Origin: Candidatus Poribacteria bacterium
Lineage (GTDB): Bacteria; Poribacteria; WGA-4E; PCPOR2b
Reading direction: 5' to 3'
Assembly: GCA_965218095.1 (NCBI GenBank)
Contig: OZ244587.1
Location: forward strand, 6,080,001 to 6,144,000
Length of the DNA stretch: 64,000 bases
Position 1 is the first letter of the stretch. Every line of letters starts with the position of its first letter. The position numbers were made by a program, and so were the translations under genes. Positions 20,546 through 29,990 of the stretch are shown piece after piece. The notes below the pieces were generated by a model that was not told where the DNA came from, made no database searches, and worked only from the letters and a program-made list of their open reading frames with translations.

Positions 20546-21366
20546 ATGGACTATTCTTTAGATTTACGCAAACGCGTCTTAGATTTTATCGCAGCTGGCG
20601 GTGGCAAGACCGAAGCGAGCCGCCGTTTTTCCGTCGCCCGCTCAACACTGTATAAGTGGTTGAATGCGCCTGACCCGCTCAAACGTCAGAAACCAGGGAC
20701 CCGTCGCCCGCGAACCCTTGACCCCGATGCGCTGAGAAAACATGTCGCTGATTTTCCAGACTAGACCTACGCCGAGCGCGCAGCTCATTTTGGTGTGTCA
20801 AAGTCTTGTATCGGGTATGGGCTGAAAAATATCGGTTGCACCCGAAAAAAAAGTCTCGGATATAAGGAGCAATGCGCTGAAAAACGACAAGCGTATCTTC
20901 AGCAACTCGCACAAGTGAAAGCCTCTGGTAAGTCTTTTGTTTATGTCGATGAGAGTGGGTTTCGAGACGAAAGTTATAGACGTTATGGGTATGCACCCAA
21001 AGGGGAAAAAGTCTTTGGACTTATCTCAAGCCAACGCACCCGGACAGCGACACTTATTGCGGCACGGGTGTTCAAAGGGAGCTGCAAAGCGGTAGATTTC
21101 AATGACTGGTTAGCTGAACAGTTATGTCCACGTTTGACTTCAAAACAGGTTGTAATCCTTGATAATGCGCGGCTTCACAAAACACCTCGGACCCGAGAGT
21201 TGATAGAGGCTTCAGGAGCGAGTCTGATGTTCCTACCGCCTTATTCTCCAGATTACAATCCGATTGAACACGATTTTGCCAATATCAAGCGATACCGAGA
21301 ATATCACCCCGAAACCACACTTCACGATATTATTCAAATGTACCATTAATTCTAAGATCTACCATA
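20546..21366 (+). mobile_element. IS630-family element, transposase inactivated by TAG at 20762
   Basis: YSLDLRKRV, A-run frameshift, YVDESG, LDNA, LPPYSPDYNPIE; left IR not found. Confidence 0.88.
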
Positions 21367-22560
21367 GTTCAGGAACCCAAGAATTAGGGCTGCCATCGAA
21401 ATCTATGGGTACTAGCTTCGTAAGATAACCCAAGTTGCGACCTATTCATCGAATATGTGAGTGAACTGAATATGTGAGTGAACTCAGAGCTGATTGATAC
21501 TGCTAGCCAATACAAACAAGACCACTTTCAATTCAAATCCGTGTTGCGTTACTGCATGGATTGAACGTGGAAGCAGTTTGTTAATCAAACTGCCAGCCGT
21601 CTCAACAGACTTACGATGGTAATTAGCCAAGTAGGTCTCCCATGGTGGATACAGCCGCTTGGAATTCTTCTTGCGTACTGGCTTTAATTCGACTCCGACT
21701 GATGTAACAATATCTTCTATCTCATAATTATTGTATGCTTTGTCACCATAGCCCGGTGGCAAGTCGAAGTCAAACCACTGTAACCCTTCAACGTCCCCTG
21801 TACTGGCTGGGGTCACAAAAAATTCAACAGGGTGTCGACTCGCAGTCACTAGCAGATGAACTTTCAAGCCATAGAAATACCGACGTTTGGACGCTTGATA
21901 GCCTCGATATGCCTTATCGGTGTAGATTTTTGACCGACGAATGCGGAACAAACAGCAATTGGTATGGTATCCAGTGCATAGATTTTCTGTTGATTAAGTT
22001 GCACATAGCTTCGTCCCAAGATTTTGAACAATGTGGTGAACATCGGTTTAATCGACTTTTTGAAAGCATCTTGGGTATATAGCCATGAGTCTTTAGAAAG
22101 TCACAAGTGGTTTGCAAGTTTGCCCCGAAGAACAACGCAGCGACGATGCCGGTGGTCATCACTTCGGCATCAGACATCTGCGTTTGTGGGTGTGGTTTTG
22201 AGTTGAGTGCTTCTAAGCGCTTGTCACAGAGATAGAAAATGGTTACAATTTGTATGTCCATGGGTTTCTCCTTTAAGGTATTATGGTTTGGATTACCTCT
22301 ACTTTAACGGAAAACCCATGGATTTTCAATTACTAGCAACTTGGGTTAAGATAATACTCCCAGGCGCTTCTAAGAATCTCACGTAACCGTTCCGGCGACT
22401 GTTCTGCGCTAATACGCCATGGCTTTAGAACAGAACGAACCTCCGGTGTTCTGCGGAAATTATCTATGTCGTATTTCTGAATCCCAAAGCGCTTGACAAG
22501 CTGGCTCGTCGGCATCCACTTGTACTTGAGAAGAAAGTTTTTCCAGTCAGTAGGTTCCAT
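21367..22560 (-). pseudogene. unknown gene interrupted by IS982 copy 2 and truncated at IS630
   Basis: removing the IS and one TSD restores ...SAWEYYLTKLVPIDFDGSPNSWVPEL. Confidence 0.6.
21428..22346 (-). mobile_element. IS982-family element, copy 2, with defective transposase
   Basis: same IRs; 7-bp TSD TAAGATA; extra 17-bp duplication GAATATGTGAGTGAACT. Confidence 0.9.
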
Positions 22561-22663
22561 TCGTTCAGAATCCCATCAAACTCGTGCCACGACAATTGTC
22601 GATGTCGAAAACCTCGGTGAAGGATTTTCGATGCCGTCATTCTCATGGTGCATAGAAGTCCCC

Positions 22664-23140
22664 TCAACGTCGAGACGAACCCTTTTTGCCCCTACTCAGA
22701 GTCCGGCTGTTAGCGTCATTCTCTGAGGACGATTGAAGGGCGACACTCTCAAGCCCCCGTGCTTTCGTTGTTCCCCACGTCACCCTTTTCGGAGAAGACG
22801 TACCCACTTTGGAGGCGGTCAATGTTCCATGAAGGGATACAGTGGCAAGAACCCCGGCTGTAAGCAACATAGGAGAACCGTAGAAAAGGAAACTGTTTCG
22901 GGCTAGTTTTTTTCTCACTTGAGTGCCCCAGGTTAGGAGTCCAAGAAATGCTCCCAAACAACCTCCTACGAGTCCGTAAAGAACGGTTGCATACAAAAGC
23001 ACGAAGGCTAGGGCATTAAGCACATTTTGACTGATTATTCGCACACAGGCTTCGACAAAGCCGATGACTCCGCCTGTGAGCAAACCAGCACCCGTCGAAA
23101 ACCATATCATTTGCCCGAGTGGAGGTCTTTTCCCTTTCAT
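22664..23140 (-). CDS. membrane protein, possibly a truncated or chimeric fragment
   Basis: three hydrophobic segments then a VTWGTTK tail. Confidence 0.45.
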   Translation of the reverse strand: MKGKRPPLGQMIWFSTGAGLLTGGVIGFVEACVRIISQNVLNALAFVLLYATVLYGLVGGCLGAFLGLLTWGTQVRKKLARNSFLFYGSPMLLTAGVLATVSLHGTLTASKVGTSSPKRVTWGTTKARGLESVALQSSSENDANSRTLSRGKKGSSRR

Positions 23141-23369
23141 CTTCGTTCGACAGTTAATCGCGTTGTTGTCTTATCTGTATAATGGATGTGAATGAGATAC
23201 ATGTCCCGCTTGGCGTGGGTTGGATCATCGAACGTCAGATAGACGTTGCCTGCCCCACTTGGCCCTTTAGGCTGCCATCCTTCGTATCCCATTTCCCTCC
23301 ATTTCATTTGCCCTCCCGTTTCGACACCGGGCGATACCCATCTATTGGCATATTTATAGTGACTCGGAG

Positions 23370-24071
23370 ATTCGGTCGCTGAAATACAAAAGTCATAACC
23401 AGATTATCCAACGCTTTTGTACCACCGTTTATCGACAGGCAAAAGCCGCTTTACCCAAAAGGTGTGAGCCGATGTTGATATTTGACCGGGGCTTTGCCCG
23501 CGCTAGGTATGTGATAAAGTACCTCAAAGCACACCAGATTCCGTTTGTGATGCGCGTCTGTCGCCATGTTGGATTCGAGGTCAATGGGGTTGTCAAAACG
23601 CTGAAACAGATGGATTCAACCGGTTTTTACCCGCAGATTCTTTACCACCGAACCGAGCAGATTCGACTTTCACCTCTATGTCGTCATCTCTGATTTCAAA
23701 CCACCTCAGGGGATTGGAAATATATAGTTGCTAAGCGAAGAATGCAGATTGAACATGGGTTTCGAGACATCAAGAGTGGCTTTGGATTTGGAAGTCTTGT
23801 CCTCAAACAACCGACAAAATCTCGCATCAATCGGTTATGGTTGTTGGGGTGTCTCACTTACGGATTGTTGTTTATCACTTATCAGAAGTCCGGATATCGA
23901 TGGGCAAAAGGGTTCAATACGACCAGAAAGTCCCATTCGTTGATTCGGGTGATAAAGCGGGTTATCTCTCAGGCGTGGGGAGGCTTGTGTCTTTCTCCCT
24001 TTTTCTCGTTATCGATTTGCAGCGGAGATATTGTCTCGGTCAGTTATTCTCAATGTTTCCCACCGATATAG
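23370..24071 (+). pseudogene. IS4-like DDE transposase remnant
   Basis: IFDRGF, FVMRV, RMQIEHGFRDIKSGFG in broken frames. Confidence 0.8.
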
Positions 24072-24231
24072 CGCGTCAAATCCCGTCAACTCACGCTCCT
24101 TGAAAAACTGGGGGTAAATGAACTTACGAGTTACTGCTTGCGTATCCATCCGCAAGTGTGGTAGAATATCCCCCTGAGAATTCAGAAATTGTGCAAGACT
24201 TGTATCATTTTATTTTCAAGAGGGTAATCAG

Positions 24232-25242
24232 ATGGATAGGAGCTACCGTGTCGCCATCGTTGGGGCAACAGGAGCAGTTGGCACGACAATGCGGCAGATT
24301 TTAGAAGAACGTGCATTTCCCGTTGCTTCGCTGAAGTTGCTCGCTTCCCACCGCTCTGCCGGTGAAATTTTGACGTTCAAAGATGAACCAATCGTGATTG
24401 AAGAGTTGACACATGATTCATTTGACGATGTGGATCTGGTGCTTTCTTCACCTCCAACAGGTGTCAGCCGTGAGTTTACGCCGACTGCCCTGAGAAGCGG
24501 ATGTCTCGTCATCGACAACACGGGTGCGTTTCGGATGGACCCTGACACACCGCTGGTCATCCCCGAAGTGAACATACACGCGGCAATGCGGCATCAGGGC
24601 TTGATTGCCAACCCCAACTGTTCGACCATCCAGATGCTTGTTGCGCTCAAGCCTCTCTACGACGTGGCAGGGATGAAGCGTATTGTTGTTTCAACGTATC
24701 AAAGTGTTTCTGGGAAAAGCGGCTCCGCCGTCCTTGAACTGGTTGATCAAACAACGGCTGCGTTGGAAGGGCGTCCAATCACATGCGATAAGTTTCCGCA
24801 TCAGATGGCGTTTAACGTCGCCTTCGATTGGGCCTTCCTTAATAACGGTTACAGCGAAGAAGAGATGAAGATGGTCAACGAGACACAGAAAATCCTTGAA
24901 GATGATACGATTGGTGTGTCGGCGACAACGGTTCGTGTGCCAGTGTTCTTCGCTCATTCCGAATCGATCAACATTGAAACGGAAAGCAAGCTCACCGCTG
25001 ATGAGGCTCGACAGATTCTTTCCCAAGCCCCCGGCGTTACTGTTGTCGATGACCCGAAAAATTGGAAATATCCACTCGCTATCAATGTTGCAGGCAACGA
25101 TGAGGTATACGTCGGCCGTATCCGCGAAGACCGCTCTATCGAAAATGGACTGAACTTGTGGGTCGTGGCAGACAATCTCCGCAAGGGGGCAGCATTAAAT
25201 GCGATTCAGATTGCAGAAATCTTGGATCAAATTAATGTGTGA
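24232..25242 (+). CDS. asd: aspartate-semialdehyde dehydrogenase
   Basis: GATGAVG, ANPNCSTIQ, STYQSVSG, RVPVFFAHSE, DNLRKGAALNA. Confidence 0.97.
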   Translation: MDRSYRVAIVGATGAVGTTMRQILEERAFPVASLKLLASHRSAGEILTFKDEPIVIEELTHDSFDDVDLVLSSPPTGVSREFTPTALRSGCLVIDNTGAFRMDPDTPLVIPEVNIHAAMRHQGLIANPNCSTIQMLVALKPLYDVAGMKRIVVSTYQSVSGKSGSAVLELVDQTTAALEGRPITCDKFPHQMAFNVAFDWAFLNNGYSEEEMKMVNETQKILEDDTIGVSATTVRVPVFFAHSESINIETESKLTADEARQILSQAPGVTVVDDPKNWKYPLAINVAGNDEVYVGRIREDRSIENGLNLWVVADNLRKGAALNAIQIAEILDQINV

Positions 25243-25253
25243 TAATTAGGCAC

Positions 25254-26219
25254 CTACTCAAATAATTTTTGATACGCTTCAGATTCTGCATACTTTTGCA
25301 AAGCTGCGATTCGCTGCAACATGAATGGGTAATCGGAGGCTAACCGGTTCGATCGCTGCCAACGGCTAATTCCTTTCTGTACAGGCCCCGGCAGATTTTC
25401 TAAAATCAACTCCTGTTTTTCTCGTATGATTTTTGTCTGTTCAAGGTAGTCCTCGACATTGAGTTCGACGATTTCAAACGGTATCGCCAGCTTGAAATTG
25501 AGCAACGTCTTCTGAACTATTTTCAGGTCTTGACAAGCAATCAGACCGGCGCGATCCGCGGAGAGCTCGCGAGCAAGTATCCAATCCACTAAAATCAAAT
25601 CGCTAATCTTCCCCAAAAATGCGTTAATCAGTTCTTGTCCCCATTTGCCCAAAACGAACTCAAGTGAACTGATTCCGCCGGAGGTCAGGCTCTTGTAAAA
25701 TACATGGTCGCATTTAATATGCCCCATTTGGCGTCCGATGGCGAACCGCAGCGCTTGAGCATTTGACTTTTCAATTAACTCAGAGGGTAGGATGATAAAA
25801 GGGTCCTTGAAGTTGACTGCATGAGCCTTCATTCCCCCTCCGCCGACAATGAAGACACGTGGTGGGGGCGAAATGTGTAAAATCTCCGCGCAGGCATTCA
25901 CCTCCGTCTTGACCCATGTGAACTGTTTTTCTGTCACCAGTACCCCCTTACGCATCATCTTGATAGTCAATTCATAGTCCTGGGCATCAGCAGTATGTTG
26001 GCGTAACCACGGAACGATATATTTTTCTTTCGTCTTTAGCATTCGACGTATCAGTGCCGGAATCTTTACCTCATCAAACTTCCTCAAAAATTCCCTGTCC
26101 TTCGGCAACTGAAAATCTTGGGCATCAAGTTGTTTTGGGATTTTGTAATCAACATCTTGAGCGCGGATCGAAGCAGGTATAACCGTACAGATGAGGAGTA
26201 GAATAACTGAATTCTTCAC
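25254..26219 (-). CDS. secreted M48-peptidase-like protein lacking HEXXH
   Basis: signal peptide; AIGRQMGHIKCDH in place of GHELGH; ELSADRAGL; YPFMLQRI. Confidence 0.8.
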   Translation of the reverse strand: MKNSVILLLICTVIPASIRAQDVDYKIPKQLDAQDFQLPKDREFLRKFDEVKIPALIRRMLKTKEKYIVPWLRQHTADAQDYELTIKMMRKGVLVTEKQFTWVKTEVNACAEILHISPPPRVFIVGGGGMKAHAVNFKDPFIILPSELIEKSNAQALRFAIGRQMGHIKCDHVFYKSLTSGGISSLEFVLGKWGQELINAFLGKISDLILVDWILARELSADRAGLIACQDLKIVQKTLLNFKLAIPFEIVELNVEDYLEQTKIIREKQELILENLPGPVQKGISRWQRSNRLASDYPFMLQRIAALQKYAESEAYQKLFE

Positions 26220-26233
26220 GTTTGAAACTCCTA

Positions 26234-26354
26234 TTAAGTAATTTTCAGGATTAAACTATACATTCCGTTTGTAGTAGTGCAATTCATTGCGTGTTTGGGA
26301 CGGCGATGAATCGCCTCACTACAAACCATTACTTTCTTTTTGAAAATTACTTAA
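26234..26354. repeat. MITE-like element enclosing a REP-type hairpin
   Basis: perfect 14-bp IR TTAAGTAATTTTCA/TGAAAATTACTTAA; inner GTTTGTAGT...ACTACAAAC palindrome. Confidence 0.65.
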
Positions 26355-26464
26355 GTGTGACAGATGAAATGTAAAACTAATCCGAGTTGTGTTTGGCGAA
26401 TTATACCATACGTCCTCAATTAGAATCAACCATCCGTTAGGAACCATAGGAGTCAAACAGAAGC

Positions 26465-26674
26465 ATGTCCTCTACGCTTGACAACGAACTTGTTGAAATC
26501 TATGAACGGGAAGTTGAAAAACTGGTCGAAGCCGAGAGCAAATATCACTCGATACTCGGAGCGTCAGAGGTTTCGGCTATCGTTCGGGCATTTGGCTTCG
26601 CGCTCGAACACGGCGTCGATAAGGTTACTGTTCAGATGCTCTACGACGTGATCGATGACCGTTCTGGAGATTGA
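26465..26674 (+). CDS. 69-aa acidic hypothetical protein
   Basis: AGGAG RBS; ends 3 bp before the SMC-like gene. Confidence 0.75.
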   Translation: MSSTLDNELVEIYEREVEKLVEAESKYHSILGASEVSAIVRAFGFALEHGVDKVTVQMLYDVIDDRSGD

Positions 26675-26677
26675 CGT

Positions 26678-28564
26678 ATGCGACTTGAGCGTATCATCCT
26701 TAAATCTTTCGGCTGTTTTAACCGCAGGGATTTCGACCTGAGCGAAGGAGTGAATCTCATCTTTGGCCCCAATTTCAGCGGCAAGAGCACCCTTGTCAAT
26801 GCGATTTTTTTCACGCTGACGGGCAAGCCGATTATCCCTAAAGTGGGCTTGTCTGCAATGACTCAATCTGGCGCACGGGGTGGCACGGCGGGGCTCAACT
26901 TCTGCAACGGAGAGCAAAGTTATCAACTTTTCCGATCGACACACGGAGAAGTGCAACTCCGTCTTAAAGAAGAAAATAGTGAAAAATGGCGTATCCTTTT
27001 CACCGGCAAACGTTCAGCGGACGAAGACCTGAGAAAGAAGTTCCATTTCAGCTATCATCACCTTGCAGCGGCGACCTTCCTCAGGGAAGGAGAAATCTTT
27101 GAGTTCCTTGCGCGACAGCCCGCAGACCGTCGGGATGTGCTTTACGCATTGCTCGGCATCGATCGGTTGATGGAGGTGCGGCAGCGTTTCATTGAAGGGC
27201 GGCGGATTGCCAAGCGGGAGGAGAAGCGGATACAGAAGTATCAGCGCAGCGTGCGAGTCACGAGCGTCAAGAACCACCGTGAAGAAATTGCACAGGCTGA
27301 GGCGGAATTGAAGAATCTGGAGGGTGAACACGAACTTCTGTCAAGCAAAGGCAATGAAAGCAGTGACGCAACACTCATCGCTGAACTGAATCAGGCGCAC
27401 ACGCGGTTTCAAAAGCAGATTGACGTGCTGACTCAAGAGCAGGTGTCGCTTCTCAGCGGCTTCAATGATGTTGACCACCTGCGCGCTAAAATCAAAGAAA
27501 TCGAATCGACAACGGCTAACGCCGGTGGATTGGAGAGGCAGCGGGAGGAAATCATTCAGCAGATTGGCAGTCTAACCAACCAGATCCAAACGCTTACGAC
27601 GGAATGCGAAACTTTACGCCAGCTTATTGACAGCGACCAGGGCCACTGCCTAACCTGCCATCAGCCGGTGCAGCAAGAGATTATTGCGAAGATCATTGAA
27701 GAAAAAGAGTCGGCAAAGGCTGCACACCAGCAGGAACTTGAGACGCAGCAGAAACTCCTTGACAAACACACCGCGAACATCAATGCCTTGCGTGAACTGA
27801 AGCAGCGGCATCAACGGATGCAAAGCAAGGTTGAACAACTTGAGCGCATTGAAGCGCAACTCGCGGAGCTCCAACGTGAATTCGATACCGTCGCGGATCG
27901 GTTACACGCCTTGCAGCCGACTTCTCCCACGCAAACAGACACCCCGCCAGATGAGACTTCCGATCCCGCAAAAATCGCCCAGCGCAGACACCAACTCAAA
28001 TATCGAATCGACAATTTGCGCAGGCGGCTCGTCGGGCTCAACAAGGAAGAGGCGGTTATCGCCCATAAGCTCGAAGAACTACAGCGCACACAAGGGCAAG
28101 CGAACCAAAACTTGCGAACCCGCCTCAGTTTTGAACTCGCCTGCGATGGCGTTGAAAAAACGATCGCCTCCCTCCAGCGAACGATTCTCCAACCCGCCGA
28201 AGAAGGGCTCATCTGTTGGTTGAAGCGGATGAATCTTTCCCAATTTTCTCAGGTCGATCTCAAAAACCAGCACCTGCTCCCCTCCCTCAACGTCGAAGGC
28301 TTCGAGCGCAACCTGATGCTCCTCAGCGGCAGCGAAAAAATGATCCTCTACCTGTGCTTCAAAGCCGCGTTATCGGAAGCATTGGGCAACCCGGGTTTCT
28401 TCGTCTTCGATGACCCCACCCTCCACCTTGATCCGGAGCGCAGAGATTCCATGATCGTCTTCATTCAGCGGCTTGCCGAGGAGCATCAGGTCATTGTGAC
28501 GAGCAATGACCCGGATGTTCGGGATGGATTGCCGGACGTGCATGTGATTGAGACGGTATCATAG
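26678..28564 (+). CDS. Rad50/SbcC-like SMC-family ATPase
   Basis: GPNFSGKST, coiled coil with CLTC zinc hook, LSGSE signature, FVFDDPT Walker B. Confidence 0.9.
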   Translation: MRLERIILKSFGCFNRRDFDLSEGVNLIFGPNFSGKSTLVNAIFFTLTGKPIIPKVGLSAMTQSGARGGTAGLNFCNGEQSYQLFRSTHGEVQLRLKEENSEKWRILFTGKRSADEDLRKKFHFSYHHLAAATFLREGEIFEFLARQPADRRDVLYALLGIDRLMEVRQRFIEGRRIAKREEKRIQKYQRSVRVTSVKNHREEIAQAEAELKNLEGEHELLSSKGNESSDATLIAELNQAHTRFQKQIDVLTQEQVSLLSGFNDVDHLRAKIKEIESTTANAGGLERQREEIIQQIGSLTNQIQTLTTECETLRQLIDSDQGHCLTCHQPVQQEIIAKIIEEKESAKAAHQQELETQQKLLDKHTANINALRELKQRHQRMQSKVEQLERIEAQLAELQREFDTVADRLHALQPTSPTQTDTPPDETSDPAKIAQRRHQLKYRIDNLRRRLVGLNKEEAVIAHKLEELQRTQGQANQNLRTRLSFELACDGVEKTIASLQRTILQPAEEGLICWLKRMNLSQFSQVDLKNQHLLPSLNVEGFERNLMLLSGSEKMILYLCFKAALSEALGNPGFFVFDDPTLHLDPERRDSMIVFIQRLAEEHQVIVTSNDPDVRDGLPDVHVIETVS

Positions 28565-28641
28565 ACTGGCAGTTCGTGAGGTAAGCACAGCCCTATAGAA
28601 CTGAAAATAACACACAAGTATAGCATGACACCCATTATGCA

Positions 28642-29757
28642 TCAACAAAGTGCCTCGCCCGTATCCCCGTCAAAAATATGAATCCGCCCAGGTGCAAAGC
28701 CTATCCAGAGCGTCTGTCCAAGTCGGACTTCAAGCATCGGATTAACTCTCGATTTCAAGATCACATCTTCATCCGCCTTGTTTTTTCCGAGATTCAGATC
28801 GACAATCGTTTCCGCGCCGAGAGGTTCAAAGTTGTAGACTTCCACGGAGATGTTTTCGGGGGTTTGTTCAAGACTCACGAGCAGATCCTCGGGATGCACA
28901 CCGAGAACCAGATTTTGACTTCCCCCGGCTTCGATTAAGGTGTGGGCGATGCTTCTCTCTTTGACCTCGATCTGATGTCCCCCAATCAACTTCAGATAGA
29001 CCTTTTCCCCAGAAACAGCGAGTTGACAGGGGATCAGGTTCATGCTTGGGCTGCCGATGAAACCGGCGACGAACAGATTCGCTGGGTGGTCGTAAATCTC
29101 CGTCGGTGTGCCAACCTGTTGAACCCGCCCTGCTTCCAGCACGGCAACGCGGTCCGCCATTGACATCGCTTCGATCTGATCATGGGTGACGTATAACGTC
29201 GTGGTTTCTAGTTGACGCTGCCGCCGCTTAATCTCTGCCCGCATCTCCGTACGGAGTTTGGCGTCCAGATTGGAAATTGGCTCGTCCATCAGGAAGAGTT
29301 GGGGACGCCGCACCATCGCCCTACCGAGCCCAACCCGTTGTGTTTCCCCGCCACTGAGTTGATTCGGCTTGCGTTGCAGGAGGTGTTCGATGTGCAGCAT
29401 TGACGCAATCTCCGTGACGCGGCGATTAATCTCGTTCTCCGATAGGCCACGCGGATGTAGCGGAAACGCCATATTTTCGTAGACGGTCAGGTGGGGGTAC
29501 AGGATATGCGCCTGAAACACGAAGGCGACATCCCGCTCGGCTGGTGTGAGGTGGTTAATCTGTTGATTATCCAAATAGATTGCGCCGTTTTCGGGCAGGT
29601 CTAGCCCGGCGATACAGCGCAAGGTGGTCGTTTTGCCTGCTCCAGTCTGACCGAGCAGGACGAAGAATTCCTGATCGTGGATATCAAGGTTGACCCCGTC
29701 AAGCGCAATGATGTCATCGAAACGCTTTGTTAGATTTTCAAGTGTAACGGTTGGCAT
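28642..29757 (-). CDS. sugar ABC transporter ATP-binding protein (MalK/MsmX-like)
   Basis: GQTGAGKT, LSGGE, LMDEPISNLDAKLR, TOBE-like C-terminus. Confidence 0.95.
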   Translation of the reverse strand: MPTVTLENLTKRFDDIIALDGVNLDIHDQEFFVLLGQTGAGKTTTLRCIAGLDLPENGAIYLDNQQINHLTPAERDVAFVFQAHILYPHLTVYENMAFPLHPRGLSENEINRRVTEIASMLHIEHLLQRKPNQLSGGETQRVGLGRAMVRRPQLFLMDEPISNLDAKLRTEMRAEIKRRQRQLETTTLYVTHDQIEAMSMADRVAVLEAGRVQQVGTPTEIYDHPANLFVAGFIGSPSMNLIPCQLAVSGEKVYLKLIGGHQIEVKERSIAHTLIEAGGSQNLVLGVHPEDLLVSLEQTPENISVEVYNFEPLGAETIVDLNLGKNKADEDVILKSRVNPMLEVRLGQTLWIGFAPGRIHIFDGDTGEALC

Positions 29758-29761
29758 AGTG

Positions 29762-29960
29762 TTGACATACTCCCACACGCTAAAGCGTGGGAGTTCGTAG
29801 CCCAACCCCCACGTTCTCGCGTATGAAATTCTTCTATCAACAAGGTCAGCCAAAATACCCAGCGTATTGTCTATCAAGAGATACCAATACTGTCATGCTA
29901 TAGTATCTGGCTCAATCAGCCCGGAACAATAGCGCAACAAGGCTAGGTGTTTCTCATTGA
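29762..29960 (-). mobile_element. IS200/IS605-family non-autonomous remnant
   Basis: right-end hairpin GAACTCCCACGCTTTAGCGTGTGGGAGTATGTCAA; no tnpA/tnpB; left boundary approximate. Confidence 0.65.
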
Positions 29961-29990
29961 GCTAGGCATGTTGTTAAGCGTTGAGTGGTA

